A stretch of 58,184 bases of DNA. Origin: an uncultured Spirochaetota bacterium. GTDB taxonomy: Bacteria; Spirochaetota; Spirochaetia; SZUA-6; Fen-1364. Under the pieces are notes generated by a model, which ran no database searches, was not told the DNA's origin, and saw nothing but the letters and a program-made list of their open reading frames with translations. Below, in pieces: positions 38,771 to 47,650 of this stretch. The stretch spans positions 1-58,184 of the forward strand of contig CAVUXE010000018.1 in assembly GCA_963745235.1 (NCBI GenBank), in the 5' to 3' direction. Position numbers and translations under genes: made by a program. Position 1 is the stretch's first letter. Every line of letters begins with the position of its first letter.

Positions 38771-39110
38771 CGTCCGGGGGAGCATCCGCTGCGCCGTCAT
38801 CAAGGAATCGAACACCCTTCCATTGCTGGAACGAAAAGAACCACCTGTCCTTGTATTGCCACACGCGAACGACCCGGCCCTCCGTCATCCTGGAAAGAAT
38901 GGGGCCAAGGGTGTCCAGAAGTGAAAGTGGCGCCGTGCGCGCCTGCCCCAGCAGAACTGAGCGCGGCAGAACGGCGGAAACTTCCCTGTCCGGCATGTGC
39001 GCTTCAAGCGTCTCACCGGAGTCAGCCCTGACCGCGGCGACGACTTTCAGGCGCCCCGCCTGCAGCTCTGGATGCACGCTCGTAACTGTGCCCCGTGTTC
39101 CCTTTGTCAT
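38733..39110 (-). CDS. Hypothetical protein
   Basis: GGAGG RBS, 125 aa, downstream of the glutaredoxin-like gene. Confidence 0.65.
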   Translation of the reverse strand: MTKGTRGTVTSVHPELQAGRLKVVAAVRADSGETLEAHMPDREVSAVLPRSVLLGQARTAPLSLLDTLGPILSRMTEGRVVRVWQYKDRWFFSFQQWKGVRFLDDGAADAPPDVTSDPGKTSMPA

Positions 39111-39164
39111 GCGTTCCTCCTGGAACTCTAGGACGGGGCTTTGGGCGTGCTGCTTGCGCGGAGG

Positions 39165-39395
39165 TCAGCGCTTCAGCGCTTTCTCGATTTCAGGCCTGTT
39201 GAATCCGATGATGATTTTCCCATGCACATCGATGACCGGAACGCCCATCTGGCCCGACTTTCTCACCATCTCCTCAGCCTTGCGCTGGTCCGAAGCAACG
39301 TTGTACTCCGTGAAAGGCACATGCTGGGTGCGAAAAAACTCCTTCGCCACCTTGCAGTAGCCGCATGTCGGCGTCGTGTAGATCGTGACCGCCAT
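39165..39395 (-). CDS. Glutaredoxin-like protein (NrdH/YruB type)
   Basis: YTTPTCGYC and SGQMGVPVI. Confidence 0.92.
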   Translation of the reverse strand: MAVTIYTTPTCGYCKVAKEFFRTQHVPFTEYNVASDQRKAEEMVRKSGQMGVPVIDVHGKIIIGFNRPEIEKALKR

Positions 39396-39456
39396 TGAGA
39401 CCCTCCTCTGCTATATATCGATGTTAATATATAGCGTGCAGGGTGTCAAGCTCCCC

Positions 39457-40947
39457 TCATTGGAACTTGGAACGCTGGTCCTCGAAGGCCTTGGAAAGCT
39501 GAGCCTGGATCTTGACCAGTTGCTCCTCCGTCTCAATGCCGAAGTCCTTGAGCACGGAGGCCTGGATCTGGTCGAATCCGATCCGCTCCCGCTCCATGTC
39601 GCAGATGACGTTCGCCAGATACACGCTGTAGACGATGTCCCGATGCGCGGCGGGAGCCCGCAGGGGCTCATGGTGATAGCGGATTGCTGAAATCAGCTGC
39701 TCAGGGAAGTTCCATTTCCTGGCGATAAGCGCGCCCACTTCTGCATGGTTCAGCCCGATGGAGAAGTCTTCCAGCAGCTTCGCCGGGATGCCCTTGTCTC
39801 TGCACACGCGCGTGATCCTGTCCAGCAGCTCCGGGTGCATGGACGCGATGACGATCTGGCCGAGGTCGTGCAGGATTCCCCCGACGTACACATCGTCCAG
39901 AAGCTCTTTCTTCCGCTTGAAGCTCTTGGCAAGGATGTAAGCATAAAACGCGGCCCGGTACGCGTGGGTCCACATGGAGCGCATCTCGCTGTACTTCTCT
40001 CCCAGCACTTTCTGGGTGCCGTAGGAATACAGGAGGTTGCGCACGCCCTTGGTGCCGACAAGCTTCACCGCCTCCACGATGTTGTCCACCCGCTTGGGGA
40101 GCATGAACTGCGCGGAGTTCACGAGCTTCAGAAGGTCTGCCGTCATGGACGGGTCCACGCTGATCTCACGGGCGATGTCACTGATCTCATGGTTGGGATC
40201 CGCCAGGAGCCGCTGCAGCGTGACGATATTCTCCGGGAATTGCGGCAGGGTCTCGATCTCCCGCACGAGGAGCTGCGTCAGCGCGTCCAGCTGTTCCAGG
40301 TGAACCTCGGAGAAGGGAATGGTGATTGTTGCGGTGGTCTCCCCGCCGTCCGAATCTATGCTGAAGCAGTCCTCGCTGAGGCCGATCTTCTTCATCATCA
40401 GCACCAGGATCACGATGCCGAGGCCGGCGCCCTCGGAGCTGTCCAGCACGGTGGCGAACGCCTCCTCCAGCGAGGAAAATGCGCGGGAACGGGCCAGCCG
40501 GTCGAAGACCCTGATCTGTTCCTTCCGGGTGATCTCCACGTTGTTGCGCACCATGATGCTGAGCGTCTTCCCTTTTGTCTGGAAGACCACCTTGATGTAC
40601 AGCCCGGCTTCTTTCTGCTTCTGCAGATAGTACTGGAGGTTGTCGAAGGTCTCCTGCTTGAAGGTCTTCATCCCAAGCTCGTAGTCCTGATCCTTGCCAA
40701 GGTCCAGCTTCTTCTCCTGGAAATAGACGCGCTTGGTGTTGGCTTTCTTGGCGTTGACGGCAAGCTCACGAAGACAGTAGGACAGCGGCTCCTTCAGCCT
40801 CTCCTGCCCGAGCTCAACGAGGAAGTTTTCAAGGACTTTATCCAGATATATTTCAGTCTCATGGGGAAGCGTGTAGGTCTTGAACGTGAGAGGAATGGCG
40901 TCGTGTGCGGCCCTTTTTATTTGCTCAACATCGATTTCCGTGGACAT
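39457..40947 (-). CDS. HDOD-domain signal transduction protein with GHKL-like N-terminus
   Basis: ELAVNA..EGAGLG; LPQFP, DPSMTADLLKLVNSA, GILHDLG, HAEVGALIARKWNFP. Confidence 0.88.
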   Translation of the reverse strand: MSTEIDVEQIKRAAHDAIPLTFKTYTLPHETEIYLDKVLENFLVELGQERLKEPLSYCLRELAVNAKKANTKRVYFQEKKLDLGKDQDYELGMKTFKQETFDNLQYYLQKQKEAGLYIKVVFQTKGKTLSIMVRNNVEITRKEQIRVFDRLARSRAFSSLEEAFATVLDSSEGAGLGIVILVLMMKKIGLSEDCFSIDSDGGETTATITIPFSEVHLEQLDALTQLLVREIETLPQFPENIVTLQRLLADPNHEISDIAREISVDPSMTADLLKLVNSAQFMLPKRVDNIVEAVKLVGTKGVRNLLYSYGTQKVLGEKYSEMRSMWTHAYRAAFYAYILAKSFKRKKELLDDVYVGGILHDLGQIVIASMHPELLDRITRVCRDKGIPAKLLEDFSIGLNHAEVGALIARKWNFPEQLISAIRYHHEPLRAPAAHRDIVYSVYLANVICDMERERIGFDQIQASVLKDFGIETEEQLVKIQAQLSKAFEDQRSKFQ

Positions 40948-41021
40948 CGGTCCCCCGTGAGCGACAGAATTGTAATTTCAAGCGTAGTGAATCGATGATG
41001 GGCTGTCAAGCAGAATGGGAG

Positions 41022-41495
41022 TTATGCGCGTCCCAGAAGCGTTCGCACGATGTCCAGGTGCTCCTTCTCCATAGCTGCCAGGACTTCGAAGGCCTTTCTG
41101 ACCGCCGGAACCCTGCTGCTGCGCTGCAGGTTCCCGTAGAAGATCCATGTCTTCTCCTCGTGCTCCAGCGCGGATGAGAGGCCCCGCTCCCATTGCGCAA
41201 GCCCGTCCGCGTCCAGCGGCTTCACGTCGGTGAGCCCCGGGCAGGTGTGCTCGCGAAGAAGGCTCTCCAGGCGGGGAAGGGAGACGCCCCCGGCGCGGGT
41301 GTCTTCGAGGATCTGCACGTGTATCCGCTCATCCTCCAGGAGGTGGGACAGGCTGTCACCCAACTGACGGGTCCAGCTTCGGCTCCGCTCCGCTTGCGCG
41401 CGCAGCTGTTCGTACTCGCTGACTGCTTCCGCCTCCAGGGCGAGCGCGCTCCTGATCACCCCCATGAGGATCAGGCGTGAGAGGAGTCCGGCCAT
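41022..41495 (-). CDS. Ferritin-like (rubrerythrin-type) protein
   Basis: Paired E..ExxH motifs (DERIH, MEKEH). Confidence 0.75.
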   Translation of the reverse strand: MAGLLSRLILMGVIRSALALEAEAVSEYEQLRAQAERSRSWTRQLGDSLSHLLEDERIHVQILEDTRAGGVSLPRLESLLREHTCPGLTDVKPLDADGLAQWERGLSSALEHEEKTWIFYGNLQRSSRVPAVRKAFEVLAAMEKEHLDIVRTLLGRA

Positions 41496-41510
41496 ATGCG
41501 CAGTATAGCA

Positions 41511-42836
41511 CTAGCCGCGCAGACGCTTCACGAAGATGCGGGACCTTCGCTGCAGATCGTAGGAAAGTCTTTTCTTCTCCGGCAGCGCCGATACGTCGGC
41601 TTCCTCGAACCCGAGCTTCTCGAACCAGTCCGCCGTCTGCGTGGTGAGGGCAAACACTGAGCCCAGGCCCTTCTTCCGGGCTCTCTCGCACAGGAAGTCC
41701 ACGATCTTCGGACCCACGCCAAGGTGGTTGTATTGCTCGTCCACTGCAATGCCGGCAATCTCCGCGGTGCCTTCCGGGTACTCGTGCAGCGCCGCGCATG
41801 CGTGAACCGAGTCGTCCACTTCGAATACAATGAACTCCGCAAGGGATTCCTCCAGCTGCGCCTCGGTGCGAGGCAGAAGGATTCCACGCTCAACGAAGGG
41901 CTGCATGATGCGAAGCACATCGGAGACGTCGTTGCCCGTCATGGGCCGGATGCCGCCGTAGCGGTTGGAATACACCATGGTGCCCGAGCCGAGGTTGGAG
42001 AAGGTCTCCTTGAGGATCACTCCCTCGTTGCGGCCGTCCAGAATGTGCACGCGCTCAACCCCGCCGGCGCACGCCCGCCGGGCTCGACGCAGGATCTCCA
42101 GGTCCGCGTCCCGTTCGGGATTGGCGGCGAAGAACTCGTCCAGGTCGGCGAGGCTGAAATTGGCAAGACGCCCTCCCGGGGCAACGGCCACCGTCTCCGG
42201 GACGCGGTAGGATCCGGCGCGGTAGGCTGCCTTTGAGGTTACGAAGAACAGCTTCTGCGCCCCGAGGCTCGTGGCCACCACGACGGCAAGCTCGTTGGAG
42301 GATATGTTGTACGGCTTCCCGACCGAGCTCCACCCGATACAGGGGAAGATGGGAACAATCCCGTCTTCCAGGACCTTGCGGAGCATGTCGACGCGAACGT
42401 TCTCAACGACTCCGGCGCTCTGGTAGTCGATCCCCTCGATCAGGCCGATGCCGCGCGCCCTGACCCAGTTGCCGATCACGGCGGCCACCCCGTTTGCCGA
42501 CAGCATGGTCATCACCCGGTTGGACACGTCGAAAGCCGCCATCTTGATGAAGGGGATAGCCTCTTCGCTGGTGATCCGCACTCCCTTCACGAACTTCGAC
42601 GCGACGGAGTAGGTCTTGAGGATCTCATCGATCCTCTCCTTGGCGCTGGGCACCACGGCAATGCGGATTCCCGCCTGGTGGAGAATGGAAAGATCCTTGA
42701 CGAGCGATGAGAACAGCGCGTCGTTGAGAACGGTGAAGTCGATCTTCACGACGAACGTGGTCCCGCGAAACTGCTTGAGGTAGCTGAAGACTTCGCGGAT
42801 GGTCTCCACGTGCTCCCGCAGGCGGTCGTTGTCCAT
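41511..42836 (-). CDS. argA: Amino-acid N-acetyltransferase (AAK plus GNAT domains)
   Basis: FRGTTFVVKI, GVERVHILDG, LTTQTADWFEKLGF, RRSRIFVK. Confidence 0.92.
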   Translation of the reverse strand: MDNDRLREHVETIREVFSYLKQFRGTTFVVKIDFTVLNDALFSSLVKDLSILHQAGIRIAVVPSAKERIDEILKTYSVASKFVKGVRITSEEAIPFIKMAAFDVSNRVMTMLSANGVAAVIGNWVRARGIGLIEGIDYQSAGVVENVRVDMLRKVLEDGIVPIFPCIGWSSVGKPYNISSNELAVVVATSLGAQKLFFVTSKAAYRAGSYRVPETVAVAPGGRLANFSLADLDEFFAANPERDADLEILRRARRACAGGVERVHILDGRNEGVILKETFSNLGSGTMVYSNRYGGIRPMTGNDVSDVLRIMQPFVERGILLPRTEAQLEESLAEFIVFEVDDSVHACAALHEYPEGTAEIAGIAVDEQYNHLGVGPKIVDFLCERARKKGLGSVFALTTQTADWFEKLGFEEADVSALPEKKRLSYDLQRRSRIFVKRLRG

Positions 42837-42880
42837 GAGCCGAAGCGTACCCGCGCCCGGCCGCGGCGTCAACGGAGACG

Positions 42881-44110
42881 CTACTTCCCGTTGCTCTTGA
42901 GAATCTTGGCCACCCGGGGGGCGCGGATTCGGTGCACGTTCGGGAATCCAGATCCGAGCAAGGGACGCGCGTAGTTGTAGAACTCCCACGTCGTGTTGTT
43001 GCCTTCCGCGGTGAGAAAGTCCTTCGGCATGGTCTTGGTCTTGGCCGCTATCTCTTCCAGGGCGACGATGCGGTAGTCCACGGAATAGTTGCCGGTCCTC
43101 TGGATGGTGATGGAGCCGTCCACGTCATGCCAGATCGCGAACTGGGCGGCCTTCTCCCCGACCTCCCTGGCTTCGTGCGCATCCACGTCAGAAACCACGC
43201 CCAGGTACGAGCGCTGCGCGTATCCAAGGGTATCCGCGCGGACGCGCTTGATCTTCAGCTTGTTCTTGACCAGGTCGGAGAGCATGTCGCCCAGAGCCCC
43301 GGACCCGGAAAGCTGGACGTTCCCATGCGCGTCTGCTTCCTGGCTGCCGGTCAGTCTGGTCATGAACGGCTTGCCGTCCTTGTCCAATATGCCTTCGCTT
43401 ACCGCAACCAGGCAGCGGCCATGGGCGTCCATCGTTGCCTTCACGTCATGGAGGAACTGCTCCTCAGAAAAGGGCCGTTCGGGAACATAGACATGGTGGG
43501 GACCGTCGTCATCATACTTGCGTCCCAGGCTTGCGGCGGCCGTGAGGAAACCCGCGTTTCGCCCCATGACAATCCCGATAAAGACTCCGGGGAGCGCCCT
43601 GTTGTCCAGGTTGTATCCCATGAATGCCTGCGCCACGTAGCGGGCAGCTGAGCCGTATCCGGGGGTATGATCGTTCACCACCAGGTCGTTATCCACGGTC
43701 TTGGGAATATGAATACAGCGCATGTCGTATCCCGCGGTCTCCGCGTTTCGATTCACGATTCGCACCGTGTCCGCGCTGTCGTTGCCACCTATATAGAAGA
43801 AATAGCGCACATCGTGAGCCTGGCACACCTTGAAGATTTCCCGGCAATAGGCCTCATCCGGCTTGTCGCGCGTGGAAAGCAGCGCGCTGGAAGGAGTCCC
43901 TGCCACCTGCTCGAGGTTGTGGGTGGTTTCCTGGGAAAGGTCCAGGAAATCCTCTTCCACGATGCCATGGACTCCGTTGGTGGCCCCGTACACACGCGTC
44001 ACCTCCGGGAACTTGCGGGATTCCAGGACTGCTCCAACCAGGGACTGGTTGATGACGGCGGTGGGTCCGCCCCCCTGCGCGATCAGGACTTTGCCGGTCA
44101 GCTTGGCCAT
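42881..44110 (-). CDS. pfkA: 6-phosphofructokinase, probably PPi-dependent
   Basis: GGGPTAVIN, IGGNDS, PKTVDND, MGRNAG. Confidence 0.9.
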   Translation of the reverse strand: MAKLTGKVLIAQGGGPTAVINQSLVGAVLESRKFPEVTRVYGATNGVHGIVEEDFLDLSQETTHNLEQVAGTPSSALLSTRDKPDEAYCREIFKVCQAHDVRYFFYIGGNDSADTVRIVNRNAETAGYDMRCIHIPKTVDNDLVVNDHTPGYGSAARYVAQAFMGYNLDNRALPGVFIGIVMGRNAGFLTAAASLGRKYDDDGPHHVYVPERPFSEEQFLHDVKATMDAHGRCLVAVSEGILDKDGKPFMTRLTGSQEADAHGNVQLSGSGALGDMLSDLVKNKLKIKRVRADTLGYAQRSYLGVVSDVDAHEAREVGEKAAQFAIWHDVDGSITIQRTGNYSVDYRIVALEEIAAKTKTMPKDFLTAEGNNTTWEFYNYARPLLGSGFPNVHRIRAPRVAKILKSNGK

Positions 44111-44277
44111 AGGATCGATCCTCTTACGGTAAGTGTTCGAGAGTCGCCGGAAGCTGCCCCGAGCGGGGAGCGTCCGGACCGGCTCACTCTAGTCGGAAGC
44201 GCTCCGCTCGTCAAGAACCTCCTGCATGTGCGTCCGCAAATGCGCGTGGTATCTTTGAGGCTGGAAGAGGAGACGCG

Positions 44278-45168
44278 ATGACCAGACAGATCATCCTGAC
44301 GATAGCTTTCCTATCGATACCTATAGCTTTTGCCGCGGCCCAGGCCCTGACGCTGACCTACCTCGACGGAACGGTGACTGTCCAGTCGGCAAAGGGTTGG
44401 ACGGAGCTCGACGTTGGGAGCACTGTGCCAGCGAACGGACACATCCGTGTCAGGGACGGCGGCACTGTCGAGCTTGCCCGGGGAGCGCGACACATCTCGA
44501 TCATCAGGGATGGGGACTACGCAGTGGCAGATTTGCTCGCGAGCTCCGCAAAGCCGGGCGAAGCGGGTGTCGGAGTTTCCCTTGCAAAGAAGCTGCACTC
44601 TGTTGCCAGCGGAAGCGGTCAGACCTCCAGCGCGGTTGGAGGCGTGCGGGGAGCGGCGCAGGGTGACAACAGCCAGGGCCTGACATGGATGAGTGACGAC
44701 GATGAGACTCCGGCCAAGGTCAAGGCGCTCCTGGACAAGGATCGCTACAAGGAGGCCGAAGCCGAGATCACACAGGCGCTGAGCGATGCTCAGGACGACC
44801 AGAAAAAGCAGGATCTCAACTTCCTTCTCGCCTCCGCCTACTACGGGGAAGGGGAAAGCGGGAGAGCGTACCACACGCTCCTCACGCTCAAGGACAATTC
44901 GACATCGCAGTACTATCCGGATTCCGTCATTCTCAAGGCCCAGATCCTCCTTGACAACCACGCGTACGCAGACGGCCTGACAGTTCTCAAAGACTTCCAA
45001 GCCGGCAATCCGGACAAGGATTACGCCCAGGTCTCATGGCTGCTGAGCGCGCAGTGCTACAAAGGGCTCGGTGATCAGAAATCCGAAAAGGATGCCCTGA
45101 GCGCCGGCTATGCCCTCGCCCCGCAGAGCGACACGGCAAAGCAGATTTCCAAGATGCAAAGCGAATGA
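44278..45168 (+). CDS. Exported protein with FecR-like N-terminus and TPR repeats
   Basis: Signal peptide; YLDGTVTV..W, AVGGVRG; helical TPR-like C-terminus. Confidence 0.7.
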   Translation: MTRQIILTIAFLSIPIAFAAAQALTLTYLDGTVTVQSAKGWTELDVGSTVPANGHIRVRDGGTVELARGARHISIIRDGDYAVADLLASSAKPGEAGVGVSLAKKLHSVASGSGQTSSAVGGVRGAAQGDNSQGLTWMSDDDETPAKVKALLDKDRYKEAEAEITQALSDAQDDQKKQDLNFLLASAYYGEGESGRAYHTLLTLKDNSTSQYYPDSVILKAQILLDNHAYADGLTVLKDFQAGNPDKDYAQVSWLLSAQCYKGLGDQKSEKDALSAGYALAPQSDTAKQISKMQSE

Positions 45169-45198
45169 CCTCGTAAACACGTCGGATATCTTCTGAAG

Positions 45199-45226
45199 AC
45201 AGCCGCCTTGGGTGGCTGTTTTTTTT
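45199..45226 (+). terminator. Rho-independent terminator
   Basis: ACAGCCGCC-TTG-GGTGGCTGT followed by a T-tract. Confidence 0.8.
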
Positions 45227-45362
45227 CAGAGCGTTTCCTGGCGACCTGTCGGTGTCACAGGGTCAATCCTGGCCTCCGTTCCGTGCCTCTCTCAACCGTT
45301 GGAGAAATTCGACAAATGGGGTACTCTCTATCATTGGCGACGCCTCCCGCAGGCTGGAAAAT

Positions 45363-47569
45363 ATGGTGGAAGCGCTACTGTTTACGATAGACGGCCATCG
45401 CTATGGGATCTGGAAAGACCAGGTCAGCTCCGTGGAAGCGGTGGGCGCGGTCCATCGCCTGCCTTTCCTGAAGTCCAGCCTCGCCATTCTTGCCGTGATG
45501 GGAGATCACACGAGCACTCTGGCGGACCTGGCGCCGTGCCTCGGCCACGAGCCCGACCGGGGAAAAGGCGAGGCCAGTGCGCTTGTGATGTCAGAACAGG
45601 GGCAGGTCCGCGGCTTCCTGGTGAGCGCCCAGCCCTCCACAGTTCAGGTTGAATCCAGCAGCTTCGTTGCTTTACCCGACTATTTGCGCATACCGTTCGT
45701 GGAGGGCTTTCTCTCGATGGACGGGGAGATCGCGCCCGTCGTGGCGGTGCGCCGCGTTTTCGAGGAGGTCCTCCGACAGGGGAAGCCGCCAGGCAACCAG
45801 GCACATGCCATCAATGACTTGCCGACGTCGGAGTCTCCGTGGTCAACGACTTTCAGGCTGATCAGCGCGGGAGGGAATCTCCTTGCCGTGCAGGCGCAGG
45901 AAGTTATCGGGAAGATTTCAAGTGCTTGCGGGATATTGAGGTTCCCACTGCTCCCGCCCGATATCGACGGGGTCACCGTGTGCGACAACCGGGTCCTGCC
46001 GGTCGTCGACATGGCCCGACGCGTCTCCCATCGGGCCCTTGGACAGAGCCCCGTGATGCTCGAGGCAAGGTCGGGCACTTCAGCCTTTGCGCTCCTGGTG
46101 GATGACAGGCGGGAAGAGTGGAAACAGGCAGACACCAGCGTGAAAGTCCTGCCGTACATTTGTCGAACGGAGTGGTCGGACAGAGCAGCAATCCACGGAG
46201 ACCAGGCAGCAGCGATAGTCGATCTTGCAATGCTCTTGTCCAACGCGGAAGGCACGGCTGATCCATCCGCGATGTCTGCTCTCTATCAGGCTGGATCCAA
46301 CTTTCCTGAGCTGTTCGAGCAGGAGGAGGTGGAGGTCTTTGAGATCATTGTCCAGGGAAGACGGTTTGCAATTCCAAAGACCGAGGTGGTCGACATCGTG
46401 CCCCTCGTTCCACTCCACGCCGTCCCCCACTCCCCGGGAATTGTAGCGGCCGTGGGCGCCTGGCAGGGAGAGCTTCTGCCCGTTCTCGATCTGGCACGAG
46501 TCCTCGGAGCAAGCTCATCTCCAGAACCGCATTGGCGCATGGTTCTTCTTGCAAACGGCACTTTTCGCGCGCTGATTCTGTCTGAGAAAGTCCCCGAATC
46601 ACATGTGCTGAAGCGCGGGGCTCAAAAGGAAATACCCGTCCATCTTCCCTACCCCGTTGTCTATGGATGCTACACCGAAGGGGATGCCATCAGGCTGATC
46701 CTGAACATTCACGCGCTTGCGCTTCATTTCGATGAATCTCGCGCAGCAGAGCTCCTGCCGCCGCTTTCGCCGGCAGAGCCCGTACCGGAAGAGGAGGCCG
46801 AACCGCCTGTCGAAGCGGCCCCAGCTACAGTGGTCACGCCGACAACCGGTCCCCCGGTTGAAGCGGTCATTCCGGCAGAGGAGAAAATTGAGGAACAAGC
46901 AGTCGTAGACGCCCCCGTGCTTGATCAGCCACCATCCCAACACGTGCAACCATCACATGATGAAGAGCGAACCGACACGGCAACCCCGGGGCTGGTCGAA
47001 CCCGCCGCTGCATCGGCGCCCGCACCCACGCCCGCGCAGGAGGCCGAAGAAGAAGAGCGCGTTCCGAAGGAACTCTACGTCCAGAAGCAGGTCGCGGCGG
47101 ATCAGCCTGCCCACCGCGGCCGGCGAATGATTGCGGCCTTCGCCGCAAGCGCGCTGCTGATTGCCGGCGCTGCCTTCGGCCTGTACGAGTCGGGGCTTGC
47201 TCGGAGCCCCACGGCGGCGCATGACATCGCGGGCGCGGCTGCGCAGCAGGCGGCCGCGGCCCAGGGGTCTGCTCCCCGGCTGCGCAGCAGGCGATTGCCG
47301 CCACGGAGACCCCAGCGGCCGTGCCGCAGGGGTCTGCGCCGGCACCCGTTGCAGCTCCCCGGCAGGCGCCTGCGCCTGCGGCCGCCCCGCAGACACCGAG
47401 CGGCCCTCTTTACGTCGTCAAAGAAGGTGACACGCTCTGGGACATCGCCCAGCGCTTCACGGGAGATCCGCTCAACTACCACAATCTTGCAGGGTGGAAC
47501 CTCATCAGGAACCCCGACCTCATATTCCCCGGCCAGACCATTCAGATGGGCCCGGCGGAAAAGCAGTAG
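45363..47569 (+). CDS. Three CheW-like domains, Pro/Glu linker, TM helix and C-terminal LysM; frameshift near 47275
   Basis: CheW-like blocks LFTIDGHRYGI, GVTVCDNRVLPVVDM and FAIPKTEVVDIV..GELLPVLDL; TM MIAAFAASALLIAGAAFGLY; LysM YVVKEGDTLWDIA..IRNPDLIFPGQ in the adjacent frame. Confidence 0.78.
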
Positions 47570-47650
47570 CTGCCCGGGACAAGTCGCGCTGTCAACCGGC
47601 ACTCTTGCCTCCTGCATTCTGCTCCCTTGTCTGCCTGCCGCAATGAAAGT

